Assembly (NCBI GenBank): GCA_030248215.1
Contig: JASANG010004128.1
Location: 434,001 to 498,000 of the forward strand
Source of the DNA: Enoplolaimus lenunculus
Taxonomy: Eukaryota
DNA: 64,000 nt
Direction: 5' to 3'
Shown: positions 1 to 13,600 of the stretch, one piece after another
Position numbering within the stretch: the first letter of the stretch is position 1
Layout: every line of letters starts with the position of its first letter
Position numbers and translations under genes: made by a program
Notes under the pieces: generated by a model
The model's input: only the letters and a program-made list of their open reading frames with translations
Told to the model about the DNA's origin: nothing
The model's database searches: none

Positions 1-1335
1 CAATTTTTCTAAAAATAACTGCAAAACGTTTATTTTCAGACTTTATTTCAAAACATTTCTGAAATTATTTCTGTTATAACAGAAATACTTTTCAAGGGCA
101 CATTGCTAATTGTATTTCTTAAATGTATGTAATTTTTACATAAATATCAGGAATATTATTTTGAGTCCGAAAACTGGTGTTTCCGTTTCAGTTTCTATAA
201 CTGGAAACTGGTATTTCCGTGATGGGTATTACACGACTAATAATCCACACCTTATACACACGATATTGCGGACGCTGCATAAGTTGCCTAAACGAACACT
301 GTTGTCTGAAAAAGTATACTAATTAACTAAATAACTTTTTAATGTCTAGTATCAACGATATTCAGCTGCAGTTGTCACGTTTTTTAAATTTTCCATTGAT
401 GCGGGATACTATGAATAGCATTTTAGTTACAATTCAATCTCAGAATGGTCAGAGTTGCTTCAAAAATATACTTTTTCTAAGAGTGTAAATTTCGCAGCAT
501 ATTGCAGTGCGTAAAGTACAAAAAACGGAAACGGAAGCGGATACTGATCAAAATAATGAAAACGGAAAGTGGATATTAAAGTACAAAAATTTCAAAGATG
601 TTTTATTTTTCTGTTAACGTAATTGAGGCGTGCAAATATTTGCCGGGCTTTTAATAATTGATGGTGGATTCATCGAAATTTTTACGATTTTTGGATGAAT
701 TTTGTAATTTTTATTTCATTTCAGACAATTACAGCATATCTGAAATAAGTAAAATCTCTTGCAAAATGCATTGGGTACCAAAAAATCTGCCAATATGTTA
801 ACTTAAAATACTAATGTACAAATTCCGTGAGCCGCTCCGTCATTATTTTGCGCTTGTCGTTCCAAAAATAAAAATACAAAACTATAAGAATGGAAATTTA
901 GGGTCTTTTTGGTTATTTCCCCTATTCCAACGGCGTCACATAAGTTATTCAACCATAACTCATAAGCAAATAATCTGATCGCGGGACGATTTACACCATT
1001 TAATTCAATTTCACAGACTACTCAGAATGATTAGCAACAACACGTATATATCTTCTATTCTTAATTTTACTAAGTTTTGCAGTGCTTTGTTTAGAGGCCT
1101 GATATCATCCTTGCAACTAATTTTTATAATACTGCATGCCTTGCAACTGCTAAACAACCGATATGTGCTTCTTCTTGCATCTGCAGAACTTTTTTTATGT
1201 TTTTCTAAATTGTTGTTTTTAGTATTCTTTATAGCTCACACCGATTTTAACCAGAGACCAAAACGGATATCCGTGTACAGCCCCAATTGTTCGTTTTGTA
1301 TTAATTTTTTTTAAAAACAAAAAATCTATATTGTT

Positions 1336-4300
1336 ATGTCATTGCATGAGTTAAAAATCGGTGTTATATCGTATCCACCGTTGGCAAATGAATGCGTAGC
1401 GAATGGAAGCTTTATTAGTCAACCAGAATATTGCAAGAATCCTGGAATAGATGTCGAAATTCTGACTTATATTGCGTTAATGCTTCGGATCAATGTCAAA
1501 TTTGTCTACAACGTAAACGAGATATATGAGAAAAAGGTAAAACCTATTCAAGCTTCAATACTTGGCAGCGAAAACCATGTGTTCACAAATAACATGACAC
1601 AGAGTGTTTCTCGATTTGAAATTCTTCAAAATAAACAATTAAATCACGTCCACAACTGGACAAATTTGGCGAAATACATCGATGCAGGCATTGTTGATAC
1701 GTTTTGCGTTTGGTTCCGGGTTACCGAAGAGCGTTCGAGTCGATTTCAACTATCTATCCCGATACCTTTTAAGCAGGGACAAGTACGTTTAATATTTTGA
1801 CTCGATTTGTAAAATGTAGAACTATACAAACCCAAGCATTTGAATATATATGTCTAAACCTTCAGCATGCATCTAGTTGCAAATGCGGGGAAGTGTGCAT
1901 GTGCTCTTATATGTAAACTATATTTATTTATTCACAGACCATATTCACGGTGTGGGCCCCTTGCCAGAGAGGTCCAATGGGCTCAATATCGCCAATAATA
2001 ACACTTTCCTCCTCCCTAGAAAAGTTTCAACCTTGCTTGCAAGTCACTTGATCCTCTTATACACGCTTTTCTTGACGTCCCTAGCGTGTTGAACTGGTTA
2101 CGAGCATGTGGTTATAATTAAAATCTTCCAGAAGTATGCAAAAACGTTTCAAACTAAGATATAATTAATTATTTACTGAAGTGATAGTCAGTTTGCAACT
2201 TCAGCACTTTATATATATTTTAGGTCGGATTCATCATTAGACAGCCGAAAAGTTTGTTTTACAAGGAATCAGCGGAAATCATCTTCAGTGTTATGAGTTT
2301 GAAATTGTGGATGACATTCCTTGCTGCGTTGGTGTCATCGTGTCTTACCATGACAACTGCATTGAATTTTGTTCGTTGGAAGAATGGCGAAGAAATTTCA
2401 GGAATAATGTCGATTGATTACATGGTAAGAAGCAAAAAATACTGAATTCTTCACAACTTGTGTCAACTGAAATGACTTGGGTGCGAAATTTTCAATGCCA
2501 GCATGTAAAATTATGACTGCCATGAATGCCACACCACTACACCATAGAGAATGGCCATTAAAGCGACATGTTACGCGTATTTTGTTTCTCGCCAGGAGCA
2601 TAGTGCGTAGCCGCAGGGAGGGCAGGGTAGTCATGACTCCCTCCAATGGCTGACAAATTTATTTTCCTATTAATGAAGGTTAGCTGAGACAAAACGACTT
2701 TAAAACAGAATCATAGACACTTCAGTGATTGATGTGGCTTTCGCCAACCTACAACAGTTTTTTTGCTGGCTTCGGTCGCGAAGCTTTTTCCGCCATTATA
2801 TATTGACCCATGCGTATGTGGACCCTGTTATGAGATCAAGCGCTGCGCACCTGGATGATACATTACAAAATGACCCACTCAAAAGTTGGAGGCCTGCGGA
2901 TTCATTCCCTAGCCGTGGCACACAGGGTGGGAAAGTTTCACACGTTGTTCATGACCGAAGATCGTTCTCCAGTACAACTCGGAAAAGTTGGCGACATGTA
3001 CGGGGCGTTTGCTCCTGATGCTTATAAGTCTCGAAATTTTCCTGGTTTGTTGATGTTGAACACACTTTACTTCTGCCATTTTATGTTAAAACAACTGGCA
3101 AACTAAATTGGAGAAAATATGATTATATGCAACATACGATCAGCTCTCATGACTGTTTACAAGTAAAGTCAAAATTTTCAAGGGAGGGCCAAAGTTTTTT
3201 CACGGAGACTAGGTCCCTCTGCCCCCTCTCTTTTTACGGTTCCTCGTCTGATTGCGAAATATTTTATTTTTCAGGGTATCTGGTCTACCGTCACAGTTAT
3301 GGTGAATCAATTTTGTGGAAACGCTGCAACCGGTTCGACAGGTGGCAACATTCTGGCAATTAGCATTGGTTTATTTTTCTTTTTCTTCGCCGCCACGTAC
3401 AAAGGGCTTTTGGTTCGACGGCTAAACTTTGACGCTGACGAGAGTGTGTCAGATCCGTTTCATTCGACGCGTGATTTGGCTAAATTGGTCACAGCGGGCT
3501 CATATCGACTGATTTTCAGTGAAGAATTTGATGGCTATTATACAGAGCTGATTCGTGTTTCTCAACAGCCAGAATTTGTTGCCATGAGACAAGCGATGGC
3601 AACGACACCTCCGGCGATTGTCAAAACTGAAGCTGAAGCGTTAGATATTGTTGAGAGCGATCCAAAATTGGTGTATACTGGCCAAACATACACTCGAAGT
3701 AAATTTGAACTATTCAGTTTTAGCCAATTTTATCTCTGAAGCTTTCAGACATCCCCAGAACCGTAACGGGGGCACAAACGGACTCTTATTACAACAATTT
3801 GCTCACTTATGGTCTGTGGACGTCGTTAGCTCGAGTATTATCACAATATTTGAGTTCACATTATTATTTTTTTGTTAGGCATAGCACAAAGACTAATTAC
3901 TGGGGCTCACTGGACCTTCACAGGATTGTAGATTTAAAACATCCTATTGTATTTGAATTTTAACCTAAAACGCGTATTAAAACACTAGTGTGATGGATGC
4001 AGACGTGATGGGGGGCCAACTACATTTTGGCACTCCCTATAAATTTACCATCAATACATTTCCTAAAACTCAACACGCTGTGCACACAATTGCAGCAGGG
4101 AGACAAAAAATTTATTTTGTTTATTTGCAAATTTTGTGGGCATGAAGCTCTGAAAAATCGCGAGCGAAGCGTGCGGGAAACGAAATTTCTCTGATAATTC
4201 AAATCCCAAATTGTCATTTTAGAAAGTTTAATTGCTTGAGCTTATTTTTGAAGAGTGAGTATGTTTTATCAAAAAAACGTCATTTTTTATAATATACTGG

Positions 4301-6036
4301 AACCATTGATTGATGTTATTCTTTCCGTTATACCAAGAGTGGATGATCACTCTTTATAACAAGAGTGTGCAACTGGGTACATTCTGTGTATTAAAGAATG
4401 TACCCGGCACGCGTTGCGTTTTTCCTTTACCCCCCTCATTTGGGGGGGTTGAAACCTTGAACGCAGGCAAATACTGTTACGATACGCAGTGCAAACATTG
4501 TTCAGTTGTATTCTTGATTTAGGTTTAATTGAGTTCTGTGTGCAGTTGACCCCCCTAAATAAGGTGGGTATGGGCGAAACGTAACGAGCGGTGGTACTTT
4601 TTATGCCACGCGTATTTTTGGAAGTTGCACACTCTTATTATCGACTCTTGGTTATACGAACAATGGATAACGAGTAAAGAATCAAATATCTATTTTGGCA
4701 CTTTAATGAGTTGAATATAGTTTTGTAAACTGTATTTGCCTAACAGTAATGTTTTAGGCTTACGTTTACTGACAAATCGGTGTAATTTGATTTTCATCGC
4801 GGATCAAGATTTTAAAAGTCAAACTGCTTATATGTTTCCGAAAAACAGTAGTTTTCCAAAATTGATAAATAGTTTGTTATCATCAGTCTCAATGGTGCAG
4901 TATACAGAAAATAAATACGTAAGTTTTCCTATGGCTTGGTTTATTTCGCATTTATTTACTAATCTTGAGCCACACGCAATCGATCAGAAACTGTATAAAA
5001 TTAATATCAGTTGAATTGGCCCTTGTATAGAACAGGGTGGATCGTTCTCCGGAGAGGCTATAATAAAGTCAGTTTAAGCTTTAGACTATTTTTATGCTCA
5101 GGCTTAGGCTTAGTCTTAGGCTTAGGAATAGGCTCATCCATACGCTTACGCCTAGGCTTAGGCTTAGGCTTAGGCTTGGGCTTAGGCTTATAAATATGCT
5201 TATACTACTGTTCCGGCCCTGTTCTATACATGGGCCGTTGAATTTACTATGCATATTATATGCATATATACCATGTATAGGTAATAAACGGCCGTCCCAT
5301 GTTGCCAGACGCCTCCCATATGGCCAAAATGAAACTTAAATTTGATGAGAAAATTCTCGCGGTTTTAAAATTTTTAACTCAAAAGTCAACTGGAAACTGT
5401 TTTGGCACGTCGAACATCAAAAAATTAATCGTTCATCAAATTTTTTCTGATCCACTATTTGTATATTCAGTTCAAAACTGCACTGAATAAAGTAAAAGCC
5501 GCAAGCAAATAAATTACCTAATTGTATACAACTACGACAGTCAACGTTGAAATCACTAAGAAATGCTGTTAATTTTTTGTTATATATCCATATATTTCAC
5601 ACGAATACTTTATGTTTGGTATAGAATCTAATTTCAAATCATGATTCGAAATACAGCCTCTCGGGTAGGGGGCGTTGTAAATAATATCCACGAATTCATT
5701 GTTGGCTTTTTAATCAATTTTTAGATAAATTTTGAGATGGAGAAATACAATCGTAGCTGTCCTCAAGTGATCCGTAACAAAGGTGATCCTTTGTCGATTA
5801 GCAATTTATCAGGACTTTTTATAATGAATATGGCGTTATCCGGAGTGAGTGCGGTGTTATTACTCGTGGAATGGATAATGAAATTATATTTGAATACGAA
5901 CAATGCAAACATTCTTGTTCAAATAGTGAGAGAGAAATGCACCAAAAATACTGGCGATCCAACCGATTGGATCATGAAAACGAAACTCGCAGCCGTAGCA
6001 AATCATAATTCTGGCGGCCGAAACGACGGTTCATAG
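1336..6036 (+). CDS. Divergent ionotropic glutamate receptor-family / IR-like ligand-gated ion channel subunit, 5 exons (1336-1782, 2224-2424, 3275-3698, 4758-4918, 5725-6036), ~514 aa
   Basis: All four introns are GT-AG and the frame is continuous (phases 0,0,1,0). S1 lobe: LKIGVISYPP...GIDVEIL...FRVTEERSSRFQLSIP. Pre-M1/M1: VGFIIRQP...IFSVMSLKLWMTFLAALV. Pore loop: GIWSTVTVMVNQ. M3: ISIGLFFFFFAATYKGLLVRRL. S2: AYMFPKNS. M4: PLSISNLSGLFIMNMALSGVSAVLLLVEW. Confidence 0.88.
5018..5236. mobile_element. MITE filled with TTAGGC telomere-type repeats, 8-bp TSD (family 1)
   Basis: TIR GGCCC(T/A)TGTATAGAACAGGG; perfect flanking duplication GTTGAATT (5010-5017, 5237-5244); internal (TTAGGC)n. Confidence 0.88.
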
Positions 6037-9019
6037 CGCATTGGTGTTGACTGATGAAAGCCAGATTGCCTTTTTTGTTTTTAAAGATACAATTTTTAGA
6101 ACAACTCATTAGAAATATAACATTTTTGATTCATTTTACAGCTACAATTAAGTATTAGTTTCAACCATTTAAATTCAAAGTGAAGCGGAACCACACGAGG
6201 TATATAGCCCCCAAGTAGGGTCCCACTGGAAAGCGGGCCACATTTGCCGCACCAAAATAATAGCTGAAAACTAAAAATTTACAACATTTCGACAATTTTT
6301 GTGTTAATTTGCATATCTTAATGCAACTAAAAATTTTCTGTTGAGTTTCACTTAATCAGTACAATTTTAAACTGCATTTTGCAAGCGGCGGCTCCAGAAA
6401 TATTTAATGAACAATAAAACAATTTAGATGTTCAGTTTTTACCAAATTTGTTTAGCTTATTTTTGAACTAAAAGTTTCAAAACCGATACAAAAGAATCTG
6501 GAAATGTAACTTACATCAAACCTATTGCTAGAGACTGCCCAAAATAGAAACCGCTGCATAAGTGAATAACATAAAATACCGGCTTCTTCCGTAAGCCGTT
6601 GATCACAGATGGTAAATAGAAACTTAATGGGAAAAGCTAAACAAGTCATAAGCCAAACGCAATTTTACTGCTAAACCTTAATACAAAATCTTGACTTTTA
6701 TTCATGTTGAGGGGCTAGGTCGAGGCGAGGTTGGCCGTGGATTGGTCAGTGACTGATAATTTCTGCTGCGGTGACATTAAATATATACTGTCGACATATC
6801 TATACGCTCAGAGATTACTTTAATTCATAGAATTTAAAAATAAAGTATATCACTTTTCATAGGCGTAGTTTGTAGCAGTTGAGGCAATAAATGTGTAAAT
6901 CGCGCAATAGCGATTTAATAATTAATAAATAATAAAAGGCAGTCAAAGTAAAAATATACATTGCTCCAGTATATAAAAATCCTGATGCCTAAAATGCAAT
7001 ATATGCGAACGTTATTCATTGAATTATAACGATTAGCGCTCAAGGAATCGCTGTCACCAATAAAGCTTTAAATTGAAAATTGTTTCTTTTCCATTTTCAT
7101 ATGAATATTTTACAAATACATAGTAGAACTAATTTCAAGCCAGGATTCGAATTGCAACCTCAGGTGTGGGATGCGTTTAACATCATCACTCAGCTATAGT
7201 GTTCGATATTCGACTCTAAGGACGCCCTTACGTCTTGTAAGAAGGTTTTGTACTGTGCTGACGCGTAGTCAGGATTTACATTTCTGAATTTTCGTCCCAA
7301 TTCGACTGACTAACTAAGTAAATATATGTCAAAAGATCCTGGAATCAATTAAATTTACAAATTTTCTTGAATTTTTATTACTGCACAATTTCTTCTCGAA
7401 TACATTCAGTTGACACAGACAAAACTTCCATCCGTCTGAAACTAAACTGCCGAAGTAAGGTACGGTCAAGCAATGGCTAACTTTAAGAAATGAATTTTGT
7501 TTGGTGAACGCCTCCCATTGCAGAAACAGCATATTGCGGGATAACAAAATGTTGTTTCATTGAATACAAATATTTCCTTTATATTTTTATATCAAATAGA
7601 AAACTTAACCTAGTTATGGTTCCGATGGCCAAATAAGCCAGAACGATCAAGCAAAAAATATACAGCTTTAAAAAACAAACCAATGGCGAATCCAAGCAAA
7701 GAACACTGACCTTGCCTCCCAGCGACCCAAGAGGGATCAAAACCAAAATTGAAAATTTTGTATTAAGGTTTCCACACTAAAATGGCGTCCGGCTTCTCGT
7801 TCGCTTCGTTCGCGAGTTTTTTTTCCACAATTATAACTCATTTTCCCCTTCCTTTTACAAATTTCGGTCTCCGCCACTGAACAAAAACATAATCATTTAT
7901 ACAATTTACGAACAGCAAAATACACAAAATCCCTAAACAGGCAGTGATGGAATGCTAAGAAAATAAATATGTTTCACTAAATACGGAAGGCATAGAGTCC
8001 AACCTTACGTTTAGCATAACATTTAGTCACTGTCCACAATTTCAAATGTGTGCAGCACCTATCACCAGTGGATTTGTTGGGACGTACATATGCGAGCAGA
8101 ATTTGACAACTGCATTTACTGCTATTCGCTTGTTTTGGTTAAATATCCAAGCACTATTGGACGATAAATTCAACAATCAATTGTGAACACGGCTCCTAAT
8201 CATAACTTCGTTACATTTGTGTTGTTTTCAAACCTGAGTTTGTTTTGCCAATTGTTATTTTTTTGTCTATTTGCGGCGTACTAGCAAATAAAATTTGCAT
8301 GAACGTTGGCTTTAAAGCAACATTGCATTTTGTATTTATTCCTTACGGTTTTCAACATACCTTTTATAGCAGCAGATGGAGTTTAAGGATATATATAAAA
8401 CACGAATAATAAGTGAAAAGATACACATAGTTAATACATGAGATAATGTGAAATAACTTCTATAATTATAATTCACCATATTATGACTTGGTACAAATAG
8501 TCATGAAACTAGCGAAATCAACCAAATCTAAAACGCAATGTCCAGTGTTTGTAACCGTGATAGCACACATGCATTTTGAATGCAGTTAACAGTTGAAACG
8601 CTTGTGTACACGTCCCCGCTCATAGACTTAGGTAAACTCTTAGGCAAAGACTTATGTTAGACACAAGTTAAGGTTTCGGTAAAGGCTTACCTAAACTAAG
8701 TCTGCACAAAAACCGTTCCATAAGCCCCATAAGCCTTTATCTAAGCATCGTGCACACTTCCCCACTAACAACTTAGGTAAAGCTTAGGCAAAAGTTCAGG
8801 CTTAGGTTTGGAGAACGGCTTTCGTAGCCTACACATAAACTTTTCCCTAAGCCTTTGTCTAAGCCTAAGTCCAAGTCTCAGTCAACACCCAGCCTTAATA
8901 ATCATAAAAATGGGCTGAAAGTGTACAACAGCCATCAAAAACGGTACAACTTAAGTAGGTAGGCTATGTTTTCACATTGTCATCCAATTATACGCTTTTA
9001 CTTCTGGCATTGCTCAACT

Positions 9020-9259
9020 TTAACCCCTTCTCACATCGAGTTGCCTATAGACAACTCAGCGCAGTGTATATACGTTACATAATATATATTGCACCGTGTT
9101 TAACAATTGCAACACGTATACATAGTACTAAAACACCGTCAAGCTTCTATAGCTGCGTGATGATGGTATACGCCTCCCACTCCGGTCACTGTAGTTCGAA
9201 TCCTAGCATAAAAGTATGTCTCAGGGAAAATAGAAAATATTCACGTGAGAAAGGGTTAA
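9020..9259 (+). mobile_element. TTAA-flanked (piggyBac-like) MITE with an internal tRNA-like cassette
   Basis: TTAA-CCCCTTCTCACA ... GTGAGAAAGGG-TTAA; homologous to 25019-25235 and 58804-59074. Confidence 0.8.
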
Positions 9260-10663
9260 TATTCCCACGGCCACGGCTCAAACATTTAGCAATGTTTCGG
9301 GGACAATTATAATTCAAACACTGAACAACGCACTAAAAACTTGCGCGCCGGATCGGAAAAGCCAGTTATGTCAAAAAAAATTTGTTTGCAATTTTATTAA
9401 TTGTTATAAAACCCAAAACTCAATTCGCACTTATTGCTCATTACTTGCCGACAAAATAGTCAGTCGTAAGCAGTACAGTTAATTTTTTAAGACCATAAGA
9501 GAAAGCAGTTGAAATACTCGACTTTGAACAATAAATATAAGTCAACCGTTGTGTAATTTTTAAGGAATAAAACAGATCATTCGTTTACCAAATATTAAAA
9601 CCGACGCGCAAAATTACCAAAATATATATACATACAGTACACCAACGTTAATAAGTAGAACAATAAAGTAATTCAATTGACGACACTGACGTATAAATTT
9701 GACAAAGAGCGAAGGATGATACGATCCTTTCAAAACTTATGCTCATAACATTAAATTAACAGCCTGATGAAAAAACGTTTTATGGTAACTGCTTCTGACC
9801 GTTGATTCAAAGCTTAATATAGTAAGCACCCAGCAGTGAGCCTTTTCCGGTATCCGCCAGCCAACCGGCGTCGATTGTCCAAAAACCAGCTCAATTTTTC
9901 ACCTTTTGCAACTTTCAACAACAAAATTTTTGAAAAAAGTCAACTTCGAACATTGAATCATTACGAGAGGTTATGAAAGTTCAAATGTGGCGAAATTTCA
10001 AAATGTGACCACTTTTGCGCAAGCGTCAACAGAAGGCAATAATGGAATAGAACCATTTCGTAGCACTCACATTTCAATGCCCAGAAACGTTATTGGCCAA
10101 TCAACTATTTTGACAGCAAACATAATGTGCTCTAATACACAAGATATGTTTGTTACTTAATTTTATTCTGGTGAGCAAAACACTGAAATCTTAAATTAAC
10201 GCTTATATGTATATGTTACTGTTCTCGAGCTGAAAGTAGATAGTTTCAGCACCACAACCAGGAACGATTTTTTGTAGGGGTCTCACTCATGGGCACAGCG
10301 GCTAAACCAATAAATGAAACGCCATCAAACCCTACGAGGAATCCAATGTTTAGTATGCAACCAAGAGTAAAATGATACTAAGAGCAGTTTTAAAAGTGTG
10401 GCGAGCTAACCGAGCAAGAAAACTGTACAGTTTTTGCTTGTAAATGCTTTAAATTTCTACCAGGAGCTCTATTGTTGTGCCACGAAAATAGCGTTTGAGC
10501 TTATGCTCGCTTCGATCACGTGGTTTTTGGATACGCCACTTATTGCAGCACGAAACCTTCGTTATAGGGGCGCCGAATCGACTGGCACTATAGACACTCC
10601 TGTTCCGCGTGCCCGAACACAATCAATACTACGCCAATGATAGGCACAACTTATTTCGTAATT

Positions 10664-13600
10664 TTACAGCAACAACACGTAATTAGTGACCAGAGGAGTG
10701 TATAGAACCATCACAATGCTATATATTAAAAATAGCCATCTTGAAGTCCTACTAACTATTCTAAGCACTGGCGCTGCGTTGTACGGATCTTCTTCTTCTT
10801 GTCTAAAGCTGACACGATTCGGATTGATGCCTCTATTTTCACCCAATGGCACTAATGGGATCCCTTCGGAACCAGGGGATCGTGTGAACATGAACGGTTT
10901 GTCGTTTTTGTCAACGTTTCCAGGAACTTGAGGGCCAACTGACGGTGTTGGCCGCTGTGTAGTTTCTAAAAACATACTTTTTATTGATTTACTCATGCAT
11001 ACTAGTGGACTTCAGCGTTTCACCTTATAGTGCTATAAAATTCAGTTTTTTTCTGTTTCTACGGTGAATTCCAGGGTGCAACCGGAGGCCTGCCTCCGGC
11101 TCCGGCAAAAAATCGGCCTCCGGCTCCGGTATTTTTCAACTCCGGCTGTACCCTGGTCAATTCATAGCTAGTTAATCTGTAAGTAAAAACCGTGCAAGTG
11201 CCCAGAGCAGAATCTGGAGGGAAATAGCCGAGTTCCACGGCAGAATTTCCGCATCCGAGATAGATTACAACCTCGTTTGTTAGTAATAACGTAATTGCGT
11301 GGTGCCCTCAGGTTTAGCAATAAGAGAAGCTTATATATACCTATGCCTAAGACGTTGCCTCATTCCGAGCCCAAGCCACAACCTTAAATGTAGAAAAAAA
11401 ACCAATGTTGTTCAGTAGCTGAACTGTCGCACTGACAGTGAGTCTTTAATCTTCAAATAAATTCGATAACAGTAAATAATTTGCCATTATACAAATGAGA
11501 AAAAGATCACTTACTTGTAACTGGTCCATTCAAGAATGTATCGTCAATCGGGCAGTCAAGATTGTTTTCATCATTGGCAAGCGCTAACGCGACTACAGTA
11601 ACAAATTTCATCGTTTGATCGCCACATTTTGTTCTGATTGCAGACTGCAAATGAAAGTATTGTAATACGAATGAAAAAATACCTCGAACCCAATGCGAAC
11701 AAGTGTCCGCTGGCAACAAGTCTGACCTACACGCCTGTTGTTTGCAGTGGTGTCTCACTTTCAGCGAAGCACCAATAAAATAGGCGTAGCAATTAGGTTT
11801 ACACTTTACTTTTACGCATAGCCTTATGCTTATCCTTAGATTTATTGTTAATACGCTAATGTTAAAGTGGAGGCATAAGGACTGACTTAGGTAGAGCGTG
11901 CTTGGCGCATTAAGCTAGCAATGAAATAGCAATAAAGTCGTCATCAGTAGTTCAGATAATGCATTAAACATCGACATATTTTTGAATTCTGCCTCATCTT
12001 GAGCATCAATATCATCCATCAGTAGCGGATTCAAAAGTATACGAAACAGGGCGTGCGAAGAACTTACAGGCGAACCGAGCCAGAATCCAAACGTCATTTT
12101 AGTGCTAAATATTTATACAAAATCTTGGTTTTGATGTCTGTCGTGGGGAATACGCCGAGGTCCACCTTGGATCGGCCAGTGAATATCACATGCAATCTCC
12201 CGTACTTACATCAAGGCAAGTTACTAGTCGTGGTACGTCGAGCTCTAACTCAGCGGTTGACCTGGACGTTGTATTACTTGAGCGAAACAATCCTGAAGTC
12301 GAAAGACAGTTTATTATTTGCTCTTCGACGACAATTCCAAACAAACATTTCCAGTTCGATTGTTGAAGATTCTGAAACACAGCAGACCGCTATGTACAGG
12401 CATGCTTACTGCGGCGGGACTACGAGTTTTTAGGAGGTGGTGACTTTTGAGGCGCCAAAATCTTATCAAAATCCAAACTCAGAACATTACGTTAGTATTT
12501 CCGAGCCGACCTTGCGGCCGTTTCTTCTAAAAGCAGTTTTCGTGGTTCCAGATTAACAATTTATATACAAACAATATAACAGTTCAAGATATTCCGAATG
12601 TTTTTTTAAGTTTTGAGCAGGCATCTGAATTTGGAAAGCTTTATGTACTCGATTTGCCTCAGACACTTAATAATTTTTGGCTCTTGTACACATTCTTTCC
12701 ACGGCGCTTAAGTAAGCATTGTCCTAAGCCTAAGCCTAAGCCCGATCCTGAGCCTAAGTCTTTGTGTAAGCATTTACCTAAACCTGAGACGAAATATAGT
12801 ACTAAGTCTAAGTCTTGGACGTTTACAACAGCCTAATTTCTTGTTTTTGTGTGCTCATATTTAAAAATTCCCAATTGTAGTGATCCGAACAGGAGGAAGG
12901 GACTGATACTTATTTGGCCTCTCCATAGGGCACTCCTCCAAACAAGAAGAAGGGAATGATATTTATTTGGCCTCTCCATAGGGTACAAGTAAAAACAAGA
13001 AGAAGGGAATGATATTTATTTGGCCTCTGCATTATAAACTGTTATTTATTTCAAAGCCCCACTCCGTCACCCTCGTAACTGATATATATCCGGTATTACA
13101 ACTATCCGTTGAACGTTTGTCTTGTATAAAAAATTTGAGCGATAATGCAAGGTTATACTCGGAATGTACTTTCAAAACTTAACTATGCTTTAAAGTTTCG
13201 AAACCAAATTTATTTGGTTCTCCTTTAGTCATATATGCAAAATTATAGATAATTGACATTTATGGACTCAAATTTTACGGACTCTTATTAGGGATACGGA
13301 CTTCTATTGATTGGGACTTATAATGGAGACCTCTTGTTATTACCCCCTCCCCTAATATTCGGGCCACTACAGTAGTTAATAGAGCGTTATTTTTGGTTTA
13401 GCTAACTTTATTTTTATAAACGCAATTAGTACCCTAGCAAAGTCTGCACACAAAAGTGTAAAATAACACTAATATTTTAGATATTACCGTCTGTTGACAA
13501 CTGTCTTGTATTGCATGGGCCATACAACTATACGCCATACAATCTGTTCGCGTTACAGAACGCATGCATGGTATAAATTTCGTGCCATACGCTAAGCATG

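Noticed and set aside
5011..5339. ORFs with GLGLGL / RLRLRL runs
   Set aside because: They are translations of the TTAGGC array inside an intronic MITE.
12654..12836. ORF with PKPKPKPDPEPK
   Set aside because: Translation of GCCTAA repeats in a MITE.
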